A stretch of 64,000 nt of DNA, from positions 70,592-134,591 of the forward strand of contig VMFW01000009.1 of the NCBI GenBank assembly GCA_007376265.1, given 5' to 3'. Position numbers and translations under genes: made by a program. This stretch comes from Parcubacteria group bacterium Gr01-1014_20 (lineage in GTDB: Bacteria > Patescibacteriota > Minisyncoccia > UBA6257 > 2-01-FULL-56-20). Below the pieces are notes generated by a model, which saw only the letters and a program-made list of their open reading frames with translations, was not told where the DNA came from and ran no database searches. Each line of letters starts with the position of its first letter. Position 1 is the first letter of the stretch. Of this stretch, positions 17,595 through 26,027 are shown piece after piece.

Positions 17595-19088
17595 TTTAAT
17601 TGTTCCACGCACAGCTTCCGCTACGCGTGCCTTGTTACGACTTAGCCCATGTCACCGATCTGAAGTTAGTCCTACTTGCGTAGGCCTTCACCTCTTACCG
17701 GCTCCCTTGGCTTGACGGGCAGTGAGTACAGGACTCGAGAACGTATTCACCGCGCCGTGGCTGATGCGCGATTACTAGCGATTCCGGCTTCATGAGGGCG
17801 AGTTTCAGCCCTCAATCCGAACTGGGGCTAGGTTTTTGGGATTAGCTCCGTCTTGCGACTTGGCAACCCTTTGTCCTAGCCATTGTAACATGAGTGTAGC
17901 CCAGGGCGTCAAAGGGCCATGCTGATTTGACGTCATCCCCTCCTTCCTCCCAGCCTTTTGTTCACGAAGTGAACAAAAGGAATTAGGAATAATGAATCAG
18001 GAATCATGGTTTTTATTTCACAATTCACAATTCGAAATTCCAGATTCGCTTTTGCACCTCCTGTGCAAAAGGCTGGGCAGTCCCGTGTGACACTTGTAAC
18101 ACACGATAGGGGTTGCGCTCGTTACCCCACTTAAGGGAACACCTCAAGGCACGAGCTGACGACAACCATGCAGCACCTGGACTAGCGGTCCTTGTGAGAG
18201 GGCCAACCTTTCGGCCGGCTTTCCGCTAGAATTTCAAGCCCTGGTAAGGTTCCTCGCTTGTCGTCGAATTAAACCTCATGTTCCACCGCTTGTGCGAGTC
18301 CCCGTCTATTCCTTTGAGTTTTAAGCTTGCGCTCGTACTTCCCAGGCGGCCTGCTTAACGCGGAAAGTCCCAGTGTGCTGCCTTCGCCTTTGGTATTCCG
18401 CACGATATCAACGGATTTCACCCCTACACCGTGCGTTCTACACACCTCTGACTCCCTCTAGCCCGATCGTATCTTTGGCACTTCCACCGTTAGGCGGTGG
18501 GCTTTAACCAAAGACGCACCGAGCCCCCTACATACTCTTTACGCCCAATAAATCCGGATAACGCTTGAGGTCTACGTATTACCGCTGGTGCTGGCACGTA
18601 GTTACCCACCTCTTTCCGTAAGGCACTCATTTGCATTGTTACCTTACTACCGCAGTTTACGACCCGGAGGCCTTCTTCCTGCACGCGGCGTCGCTCCATC
18701 AGGCTTTCGCCCATTGTGGAATATTCTCGACTGCTGCCTCCCGTAGGAGTACGAGCCGTGTCTCAGTCTCGTCGTTGGAGATCGGGCTCTCACCCCTCCT
18801 ACCGGTCATAGCCTTGGTGAGCCATTACCTCACCAACTAGCTGATCGGACCTAAGCCGATCCCAAAGCCCCTTGCGGGTTTACTCTTGCGAGACCATCGA
18901 GTATTACCTCACCTTTCGATGAGCTATTCTCGACTTTGGGGTACGTACTAGGGTGTTACTAACTCGTTCGCCGCTAAACTAATAAATCCGTCGCCTTGAT
19001 GTAATCGCAACTTCTTCAAAATTAGTTCCGCACGACTTGCATGCCTTATCCACGCCGCCAGCGTTCATCCTGGACCAGGATCAAATCC
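17595..19088 (-). rRNA. rrs: 16S ribosomal RNA (about 1.5 kb) with an about 115-nt expansion insertion and an atypical 3' tail
   Basis: Minus strand begins GAGGATTTGATCCTGGTCCAGGATGAACGCTGGCGGCGTG. Contains the universal GTGCCAGCAGCCGCGGTAATAC and AAGTCGTAACAAGG blocks. 3' terminus reads ...GCGTGGAACAATTAAAC instead of ...GGATCACCTCCTT. The insertion at 17956..18070 is flanked by pairing cccagcc/ggctggg. Confidence 0.85.
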
Positions 19089-19149
19089 TCAAAAAAACTT
19101 TTCAACTTCGCTCAAGATTTTCATCTTGAGTTGATCGAAAAGTTAGTAA

Positions 19150-19174
19150 ATTGGGACAACTAAAAAACTCTTTT
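19150..19174. repeat. 5' half of the pre-16S processing stem
   Basis: Inverted repeat partner of 17415..17439; lies in the 16S leader. Confidence 0.6.
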
Positions 19175-19328
19175 ACCCGCTTAAGTTTCGCAATGCGAAA
19201 TTTTGGCGGGTCTCTTTCAAATATTCAGGTTTAACTATTAAGTTATAAAAAAACTGTCGGAGGCCCGACAGCTTACTTGGGTAAGCCATAAAAATTGTGA
19301 ATTTATCGGGCCGATTCACATGGTGGTT

Positions 19329-19356
19329 ATTATAGGCGGTCCCGCCCCCTTGTCAA
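19329..19356 (-). promoter_or_regulatory. sigma-70-type promoter for the 16S rRNA (minus-strand -35 TTGACA, 16-bp spacer, -10 TATAAT)
   Basis: Plus-strand tgtcaa at 19351..19356 and attata at 19329..19334. About 235 nt upstream of the mature 16S 5' end; the leader includes the processing stem. Confidence 0.6.
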
Positions 19357-19366
19357 GGTGCTCCAG

Positions 19367-19487
19367 CATATGGTTTTAAAGAACCGGCGTCCCTTATTTC
19401 CAGCGAATAATGGCGCCTGCGTCTCACCGCCAAAACCCTCCGGGACCGATCTTTTGGCGGTTCCGACAGCTTCTTTAAAACCATATG
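19367..19487. repeat. 121-nt palindromic element with 17-bp perfect terminal inverted repeats (CATATGGTTTTAAAGAA ... TTCTTTAAAACCATATG)
   Basis: Read directly from the sequence. A nested 9-bp IR ccgccaaaa/ttttggcgg lies inside. Located between the divergent 16S and rpmE promoters. Confidence 0.7.
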
Positions 19488-19520
19488 TTTCCGCGGGGTG
19501 GGGCGGAAAATCCGAGGTAT

Positions 19521-19549
19521 TTGCCAATACGGAACTCTTGTGTATAATG
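19521..19549 (+). promoter_or_regulatory. sigma-70-type promoter of rpmE (-35 TTGCCA, 17-bp spacer, -10 TATAAT); transcript predicted leaderless
   Basis: The -10 ends 9 nt before the rpmE ATG at 19559, so the TSS is expected within 2-3 nt of the start codon; no SD. Confidence 0.55.
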
Positions 19550-19558
19550 ATTTTCACT

Positions 19559-19813
19559 ATGGCTAAAAAAGACCTTCACCCAGAATACTTCCCTAAGGCC
19601 CACGTCAAATGCGCCTGCGGCAACTCTTTCACTATTGGCGCGACCAAGAAGGAGCTTAACGTTGAAATTTGCTCAAAGTGTCATCCTTTTTTCACTGGTG
19701 AAGAAAGATTGGTTGATACGGCTGGCCGAGTGGAGAAGTTTAGGAGCAGGAAAGAAAAAGCCTCCACCGCGCCGAAGAAAGAGAAGAAAGTGAGGGTGAA
19801 GAAGGCGAAGTAA
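19559..19813 (+). CDS. rpmE: 50S ribosomal protein L31 with a Lys-rich C-terminal tail
   Basis: [61 protein letters not shown] matches L31 (Cys-containing form). The track ORF 19358..19813 has a spurious 5' extension across the promoter. Confidence 0.85.
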   Translation: MAKKDLHPEYFPKAHVKCACGNSFTIGATKKELNVEICSKCHPFFTGEERLVDTAGRVEKFRSRKEKASTAPKKEKKVRVKKAK

Positions 19814-19818
19814 AAAAA

Positions 19819-19841
19819 TCCCCCGCCGTTACGTCGGGGGA
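19819..19841. terminator. palindromic bidirectional intrinsic terminator, copy 3 of the family (TCCCCCGCCGTTACGTCGGGGGAT)
   Basis: Between convergent rpmE and the 19852 gene; A7 upstream and TTTTGATTT downstream. Confidence 0.65.
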
Positions 19842-19851
19842 TTTTGATTTC

Positions 19852-20748
19852 TTAGCTACCGACTCGCCAAGGATAAGGAGAGAGAACGGTAACGATTCTT
19901 TTTTTGAAGTCAGGACAAAGGAGGGTGAAAAAATCGTATCTCTCGGGATATTCTAGTGGTGCAAGCAAGATGTCTCCCAGCACGGGATTACTCCCTCCTA
20001 AGATTTTCCCCTCTTCAGCTTCGCAGGCAATTTGGAAATAAACATCCGTCTCCAATTCACTGTTTGTCTGAATAATTCCTGCCTCTTCCCTCGCCCAAGC
20101 TGAATGTCTTTCAATCTCTCGCTCAAGCGCTTTTTTTTCAACAAAGCTACCGACTTGATCCAAAACCTCTTCGGCTGGCCACGCTCTTTTCTCGAGACAA
20201 TCGTCTTCCCAGTTCAAGATCATGAGCCAGCCTTCTTTTTCTAATGGCCTGGCTAGTTCCTTAAGCATTGTTCCGTACTCTGTTTCAATTTCTTTGGTTA
20301 ATCTTCCCGAATTTAGATACGAGCGATTTAGGGTTATAAGCCAAGAAACCTCGACTCCAGCTTGATTGAAAATATCTTTTACGCCCCTTAGCTCGCTCGT
20401 AAAAAGTTTTTTTTCTTGCTTGGTCGCCAAAAAACAATCTCCCTGTTTCTCTCGACGAACTTCGAGGTCCTTGCTAAAGCACCATTGGGTCAGGATTGTG
20501 ATTGCTTTTCCACTCGTTACGGCTTCTTGTAGGTAAGAGTCAACCCAACCATCTATTCTTGGATTGTTTGGCCTTATCAAACTACTTCTCTTTCGCAGTA
20601 GCTCTAAAGCTTTTGTTACGGATCTGAATCTCATTTCTTGCCTCCTTGGTTTTATTAACTTGTAAAAGTACTTGGTAAAAACTAGCCCAACTCCTTTTTC
20701 GAATTGGCTAAATTTCGACCTTTTAATTTTTTTACTCTTGTAACTCAT
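19852..20748 (-). CDS. hypothetical protein
   Basis: The track ORF runs to 20895, but that region is tRNA-His. Start moved to the internal Met (MSYKSKKIKR) or possibly later (MRFRSV at 20634). No recognised domain. Confidence 0.4.
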   Translation of the reverse strand: MSYKSKKIKRSKFSQFEKGVGLVFTKYFYKLIKPRRQEMRFRSVTKALELLRKRSSLIRPNNPRIDGWVDSYLQEAVTSGKAITILTQWCFSKDLEVRREKQGDCFLATKQEKKLFTSELRGVKDIFNQAGVEVSWLITLNRSYLNSGRLTKEIETEYGTMLKELARPLEKEGWLMILNWEDDCLEKRAWPAEEVLDQVGSFVEKKALEREIERHSAWAREEAGIIQTNSELETDVYFQIACEAEEGKILGGSNPVLGDILLAPLEYPERYDFFTLLCPDFKKRIVTVLSPYPWRVGS

Positions 20749-20759
20749 TTTGAGTTGGG

Positions 20760-20833
20760 GTCGTCGAGGGGAGTCGAACCCCCAACCATTCCGTTCACAA
20801 CGGAACGCTCTACCGATTTGAGCTACGACGACC
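20760..20833 (-). tRNA. tRNA-His(GUG) with genomically encoded G-1
   Basis: Minus strand G-GTCGTCG-TA-GCTCAAATCGGTAGAGC-G-TTCCG-TTGTGAA-CGGAA-TGGTT-GGGGG-TTCGACT-CCCCT-CGACGAC-C. Anticodon GTG. The extra 5' G pairs with discriminator C73, the His identity element. CCA not encoded. Confidence 0.8.
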
Positions 20834-20842
20834 ATGTGGAGG

Positions 20843-20868
20843 GGAAGGAAAAGAACTTCCTTCCCCAT
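20843..20868. repeat. perfect 10-bp hairpin (ggggaaggaa-aagaac-ttccttcccc) immediately upstream of tRNA-His
   Basis: Read from the sequence; possible processing or terminator stem between hisS and tRNA-His. Confidence 0.4.
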
Positions 20869-21120
20869 TTGATGTGTGCGGCCCGGCACCGCCAAAGGCT
20901 CGATGCCAACTCGGAACCATTGGACTCCTCCCTTTTAAAGAACAAAAAAATCCCCGCCAAACAAAAACCCCTTCACAAGGAAGAGGCGGTTTAGTGGGGA
21001 CTGCTTAGCTGAATGAAAAAGCGTAAAACCAACCTCTTCTTAGAAGGGGTTGATATGGTGCACCAAATTATTGATGGACTTTTTCATTTGGCTTTTATTA
21101 TAGCAGCTTATAATCTGGTG

Positions 21121-22467
21121 TCAAGAGAGATTAATTTTTGTGTTAATTACAATACCTTTTTCTATATCTTTAAGGCTAACGGTTGTCTGCGTCCTTAGTT
21201 TTATATTTTTGACTTGGACTTTGGCGGATGATTTTTCTTCGCTACCGGCAAGCACAACGTATTCATAACCTTCGCTTATGGCATAAGCCAGCTGGCCCTT
21301 AAGACTCTTCTCCTGGCCTAGATAAAGATTAGTGGCTATTCCCGCCCTTCTTAATTTGGCCGTAATTTCCGCGACGTATTCGACACAGTTTTCGTCGAAG
21401 TTCAAGACAATAACTTTGGCGATAGAAGTTTGACTATCAACGAGACCGAGTTTTTCTATGGCGGCAAACAAACGATCAACGCCTACAGAGGCTCCGGTGG
21501 CAGGAATAGTTTGTCCGCCAAAACGCGCCACCAAATCGTCGTACCTACCACCTGAAAAAATACTGCCGATTTGAGGTAAATCTTTTAGAACGGCTTCGAA
21601 AACTGGCCCGGTGTAGTAGCCCAAACCCCTAGCAACAGAAAAGTCGATTTTCCAATTTTTTTCTGGAATACCATAAGCTTTTAGATAGCCGGAGATTCTT
21701 TCAAGCTCTTCAACTCCCATACTCGCTGTTGGCGATTTTTTCATTATTTTTCCGGCCCTAACAAGTGGCTCCCCGGAGATGGACAGATTTATAAATTCCT
21801 TAATGGCTTTTATGCTGTCCTTGCTTTTTAGTTTTATTGATAGATCTTTTTCAACCGATGACCAGCCATCTCGATCCAGCTTATCGATGGCCCGAAGAAC
21901 CTCTCCGGTTTTCTCTTCTTTAAAACCAGCGAATTCGGCAAGACCGTTGAGTATTTTTCGATTGTTGATTCGAATAAGGAAGTTTTTAACGCCAAGCCTA
22001 GTTAGGGTTTCGTTCATGAGTACTACGATTTCGGCATCCGCTAAGACACTTGGCGCACCAACGATATCGGCATCAAACTGCAGGAACTCTTTGAACCGAC
22101 CGGCCTGTGATCTCTCCCCTCGAAAAACTTTACCGACTTGGTAGCGTTTAAAAGGTTTCTTGATTTCGTTTGGGTAGGCAGAAACAACTCGCGCCAGGGG
22201 AACGGTAAGGTCAAACCTCAAAGCTAAATCCCCTTCTCCGTCCGGACTTTTTATCTCGAATAGCTGTTTTTTAAATTCCGGGTCGCCACCAGTCAGAATC
22301 ACTTTTTTTTCTATGGCGGGGGTGTCGATTGGCAGAAAACCGAAAGACTCAAAAACGCCCCGGATGGTATCGAGGATTTTTTGGCGGGGAATCATATCTT
22401 TGGGTAGATAGTCTCTTAGACCCCCTCCAAGCTCTGGTTTAATTTTTGGAATTTTATCTTTGTTCAT
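21121..22467 (-). CDS. hisS: histidyl-tRNA synthetase
   Basis: Class II aaRS; HisRS motif 3 region GGRYDDLV; 448 aa. Adjacent to tRNA-His. Confidence 0.8.
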   Translation of the reverse strand: MNKDKIPKIKPELGGGLRDYLPKDMIPRQKILDTIRGVFESFGFLPIDTPAIEKKVILTGGDPEFKKQLFEIKSPDGEGDLALRFDLTVPLARVVSAYPNEIKKPFKRYQVGKVFRGERSQAGRFKEFLQFDADIVGAPSVLADAEIVVLMNETLTRLGVKNFLIRINNRKILNGLAEFAGFKEEKTGEVLRAIDKLDRDGWSSVEKDLSIKLKSKDSIKAIKEFINLSISGEPLVRAGKIMKKSPTASMGVEELERISGYLKAYGIPEKNWKIDFSVARGLGYYTGPVFEAVLKDLPQIGSIFSGGRYDDLVARFGGQTIPATGASVGVDRLFAAIEKLGLVDSQTSIAKVIVLNFDENCVEYVAEITAKLRRAGIATNLYLGQEKSLKGQLAYAISEGYEYVVLAGSEEKSSAKVQVKNIKLRTQTTVSLKDIEKGIVINTKINLS

Positions 22468-22512
22468 TTGTTTTTTTGATTAAAGCATAATCTTGTCATA
22501 TGTCAATAGCGA

Positions 22513-23079
22513 TTAAATGTGTAATATTCTAGTTTTTCTTAGCGCAAGAAAGAGGCTGCTTATGTGCATTTCTTGAACAAATTCTTTCTTATCAATAAGT
22601 TTCAGTATGTCAGTTACACTCTTAAATTCATATTGAACCACTTCGAATGGATTGATAACCGGAATAGTGACTTGTTTTGGATTAGTAACAAGGTATGTAT
22701 AAGAGTAATTGGTTTGATTGGCTGGGTTAGGCGAAAAAATCCCTAGTAGAGTAAATTTACCAGTATAGCCAACTTCTTCCAGAAGCTCTCTTTTGGCGGC
22801 GCTCAAATGACTCTTGTCGTTTGGGTCTACGGTGCCGCTAACAAGTTCGGCAACTATTTGCTTAGTTCCGTGTCTATACTGGCGCGTTACTAAAATTTCG
22901 TTTTTACGATTGACAACAACCATACGCACCCAGTCTGGATATTCGAGCACATAATACGGCGAAATAACCTCGCCAGACTTAGTTCTGCAAGAGTCGGCTC
23001 GAACTTTGATCCATTTATCTTTCAAAACATACTTTGAGCTTGTTGTACTCCATTTTTGGAGTTTTTTTACTTTTTTCAC
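22513..23079 (-). CDS. NUDIX hydrolase
   Basis: Nudix box around AAKRELLEEVGYTG. Confidence 0.65.
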   Translation of the reverse strand: MKKVKKLQKWSTTSSKYVLKDKWIKVRADSCRTKSGEVISPYYVLEYPDWVRMVVVNRKNEILVTRQYRHGTKQIVAELVSGTVDPNDKSHLSAAKRELLEEVGYTGKFTLLGIFSPNPANQTNYSYTYLVTNPKQVTIPVINPFEVVQYEFKSVTDILKLIDKKEFVQEMHISSLFLALRKTRILHI

Positions 23080-23120
23080 GGTTGATTAAGTTTACTGCCG
23101 ATGGCGTTTTCTGACCTAAC

Positions 23121-23154
23121 AACATTCCAACATTCTCAAGAATGTTGGAATGTT
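23121..23154. repeat. 34-nt palindromic element copy 1 (ACATTCCAACATTCT-CA-AGAATGTTGGAATGT)
   Basis: Perfect 15-bp arms with a 2-nt centre, 2 nt after the stop of the histidine kinase gene. Sister copy inside miaA at 51834..51865. Confidence 0.7.
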
Positions 23155-23156
23155 GA

Positions 23157-24755
23157 CTATGTGATTTTTCGGAGCTTAACAAAGAATTTACTCCCCTTTC
23201 CTTCTCCGGGTGATTCTGCCCAGATTGTTCCGGCGTGATCGGTCACTATCCGTTTGGCGATGTAGAGTCCCAGGCCAGTACCCTTGATTTCTTTCTTTAC
23301 TCTCTCATCACGGATGAACTCCTGGTCGAAAAGATGAGGCAAAAGAGTTGGGCCGATACCAAGACCGGAGTCGGTGACTGAAAAAGTGACGTAACCGTTT
23401 TCCTCCTTGGTTTCCACCTTCACAAATCCCTGGGGGGTGTATTTGATGGAATTTTCCACCAAATTGGCGAGGACTTGCTTCAGTTTTTGTGGGTCGGCGC
23501 TAACGCTCGCCTCGGTTCCGGAGGTGAAGGAGAATTCCAGTTTTTTGGCATCGGCTTGAACCTTTAATCCGTCTATGACGTTCTGAACTAAATCTTTTAT
23601 TTTTACGTTCTCGAATTTGTAGTCCATCTTCCCCTCTTCTACCTTGCGGAGGTCAAGAAGAGTGTTGATGAGGTTGATAAGCTCGTCGGCGGAGTTTTTC
23701 ATCTTCTGGAGAGTTTCTTTGATTTTGTCATTAATGGGACCGTAGATACCGTCCATGATGATGGAAGCAAAGCCTTTGATAGTGGCAAGCGGAGCTTTGA
23801 TCTGGTGAGCGGAGAGAGCCAACATTTGGCTTTTGAAACGGCTGAGGCTTTCGAGTTCGGTGTTAGCTTTTTGGAGTTTTTCGGATAGTTCCTGGAGTTG
23901 TTCGCGCTGTTTTATTTCTTTTGTAACTCCCCTTATTACTAGCAGGCCGGTAACGATTGTGCCGATTAACACCACCCCATTCACCAGGATCTGTCTTACG
24001 GATTCTGAAGTGAGTAATTGAATAAAGATTGTAATATTTAGAAGTATGACAGCAAGCTCGGCCAAAATAGCTTTGAGATTTAATAGCCGATGCTTCACCA
24101 TTGCGTAAGTTGTGAAAACTATAAATGGCAGGGTATACAAATGGCCAAGCCTAACAGTAGACAAATCTTCGAATATAACGTAGTTGAAAAAACTGAAAAC
24201 CAATACCAGCAAGAAAGTGAAGACCAAGCCGAAAGAAAGGTAGCGCCATTGAAGCTTCTCCACCCCCTCCGACTTCTGATATTTTTTTACTAAGGAATAG
24301 AAGGCCCATAATATACATCCACCAACGAAAATTCCGAAAAATGGAATAGCCGGACCAGGTTTAGGACCTAAACTCCCAGATTGATTGGGTTCGAGTTTCT
24401 CAAAAATTAAGGGGGACAGAGTTAATGCAATAATTACAACTAGGAAAACGATTAATGGTGTTAGTAGTTTACTGGTCAAAACTTTTCTTTTTTCTAAGAA
24501 TGTATATATAAACAGAAAAAAGAAAAACGCATGTAAGGCAGCAAACAACATTGTTAAGCGAGCAAGCCAGAGAAAGTTATTTCCGACAAAAGCTGCAAAA
24601 TTTGTCCCAATCCAAAAGACTTGGCTCAATACAAATGCGCCAAAGAGATACCTAGAAACGCTTTTGGGCGAGTATCGTAAAACAATAATACCAAGAGAAA
24701 TATTGGCAATAATCGCGATAACAAAAAGTGGAAACTCAACTTGTATGTAGGTCAT
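23157..24755 (-). CDS. sensor histidine kinase (multi-TM sensor, HisKA + HATPase_c)
   Basis: About 7 N-terminal TM helices; H-box LSRFKSQMLALSAHQIKAPL; G-boxes SGLGIGPT and GTGLGLYIAKRIV. Start overlaps the stop of the upstream oxidoreductase (ATGA). Confidence 0.8.
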   Translation of the reverse strand: MTYIQVEFPLFVIAIIANISLGIIVLRYSPKSVSRYLFGAFVLSQVFWIGTNFAAFVGNNFLWLARLTMLFAALHAFFFFLFIYTFLEKRKVLTSKLLTPLIVFLVVIIALTLSPLIFEKLEPNQSGSLGPKPGPAIPFFGIFVGGCILWAFYSLVKKYQKSEGVEKLQWRYLSFGLVFTFLLVLVFSFFNYVIFEDLSTVRLGHLYTLPFIVFTTYAMVKHRLLNLKAILAELAVILLNITIFIQLLTSESVRQILVNGVVLIGTIVTGLLVIRGVTKEIKQREQLQELSEKLQKANTELESLSRFKSQMLALSAHQIKAPLATIKGFASIIMDGIYGPINDKIKETLQKMKNSADELINLINTLLDLRKVEEGKMDYKFENVKIKDLVQNVIDGLKVQADAKKLEFSFTSGTEASVSADPQKLKQVLANLVENSIKYTPQGFVKVETKEENGYVTFSVTDSGLGIGPTLLPHLFDQEFIRDERVKKEIKGTGLGLYIAKRIVTDHAGTIWAESPGEGKGSKFFVKLRKIT

Positions 24756-25777
24756 ATCAGAATATCTCTCACTGCTAACCTTGGGCTGTGTCTTGGAATC
24801 ATTTTTGAATACCCCACCCTTGCAAATACTCGTGGAGTGCTAGTGACACCAGCAACTTCTCTTACTTGCTTATGATAATCCCCAACCTGAACTCCCGAAG
24901 CCAGTGGGGCGCAGCTTATCCCAAAAGACTCTGCTATCAGCCATATCCTTTCAAAAGCTTGGCCGGACTTTACCCAACCTATCTGGTTGTCCTCCCTTGT
25001 CCCTATTATTATGAAAGCTGGGGTGTGCAATTTCAAAAGAGCATCGTCTTGCTTTTTACTCTTCCTAGACATATTAATTTTTTTTATAAGCTTGGAGGCT
25101 ATTAGTGATATTGGCGCTGGCAAACCCAAAGTGAATCCGGGCATGCCTACCTTGTCTTTTGTGAAATTTGATTTGACGTAGTGAGAAAGTTCCTCCCGAA
25201 AGGAATCGCTGTCCATAGATTCGATTTGGGCTTTATTAACTGTTTCTGCTAGTTGTTCTTTTATTTCTTTGTCGGTGATTAAAAGAACTTCGGTTTCACT
25301 GTTCGAAATTTTACTAATTTTTTCTATAAATTCCTGGGATAGAATTTTATCTTCATATTTTCCTCTATTGGTTCTTCGATTTGGTATGGAAAATATCAGA
25401 TGGTTTGAGTCATTTTTTGTTGATCCTGTTCGTGCTAGCGATGCCTTAACAAAAAAGTCTTTTTCTTCATTTAGGGGGAAATAGACAATATCGCAAGAAA
25501 ATCCATAGAAGTCTGCGGCTGTGATTAAGTTTTCAAGCGCGCATCCCATTGCAATAGAGAGTTGGCGTCTCTCTGGGTCACTTTTAGCTAAAGACCTATC
25601 TTTATTTACCCAAAACTCAACTGATTTATCAATAATTTTAAGGCTCCAGGGTTGACTGTTGTGGCCCGAGGGCGCAAGAAGAACAAAACCAAGCAAAAAT
25701 TTAAGTTGATCTCGTAGACCCCCTTGTTCTGGAAAAGAGTTTATATCTATCGCCCAGGGAGCGTAGTTTTCTTTCAC
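24752..25777 (-). CDS. tandem nitroreductase-fold FMN oxidoreductase (Acg-like)
   Basis: Nitroreductase family motif PSGHNSQPW near the N-terminus; 341 aa consistent with two nitroreductase-like halves. Confidence 0.55.
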   Translation of the reverse strand: MKENYAPWAIDINSFPEQGGLRDQLKFLLGFVLLAPSGHNSQPWSLKIIDKSVEFWVNKDRSLAKSDPERRQLSIAMGCALENLITAADFYGFSCDIVYFPLNEEKDFFVKASLARTGSTKNDSNHLIFSIPNRRTNRGKYEDKILSQEFIEKISKISNSETEVLLITDKEIKEQLAETVNKAQIESMDSDSFREELSHYVKSNFTKDKVGMPGFTLGLPAPISLIASKLIKKINMSRKSKKQDDALLKLHTPAFIIIGTREDNQIGWVKSGQAFERIWLIAESFGISCAPLASGVQVGDYHKQVREVAGVTSTPRVFARVGYSKMIPRHSPRLAVRDILI

Positions 25778-25790
25778 GCCTTAATTATAG

Positions 25791-26027
25791 CAGAAAAAAG
25801 ACGTAGCGGCCGGAAAATTTCCAATTTTGGTTGGGAGTGGAACTGACAAAGAAAATGCTCGGGAAATACTGAAAGTTGCTAACGGAGCAATTGTAAGCAC
25901 TTCCCTTAAGGAGGGTGCTAAGAAGAAAACGGAGGTGAACGTAAAAACTTACGAACAGAGAATTAGCGAAAAGAAAGTGCGCGAGTTAGTCCGCTCCCTA
26001 CGAACTAGAGCCCGAAGATTTTCTTGA
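25791..26027 (+). pseudogene. C-terminal remnant of a BtpA/SgcQ-family TIM-barrel protein
   Basis: In-frame translation GKFPILVGSGTDKENAREILKVANGAIVSTSLKEGAKK resembles the C-terminus of BtpA-family proteins. Stop codon at 25788, and no room for the about 190 missing N-terminal residues, which are occupied by the opposite-strand gene. Confidence 0.45.

Noticed and set aside
19358-19558. N-terminal extension of the L31 ORF (track ORF 19358..19813)
   Set aside because: The L31 homology begins exactly at MAKKDLHP (19559); the upstream part spans the promoter and palindromic element.
20749-20895. N-terminal extension of ORF 19852..20895
   Set aside because: Overlaps tRNA-His (20760..20833) on the same strand.
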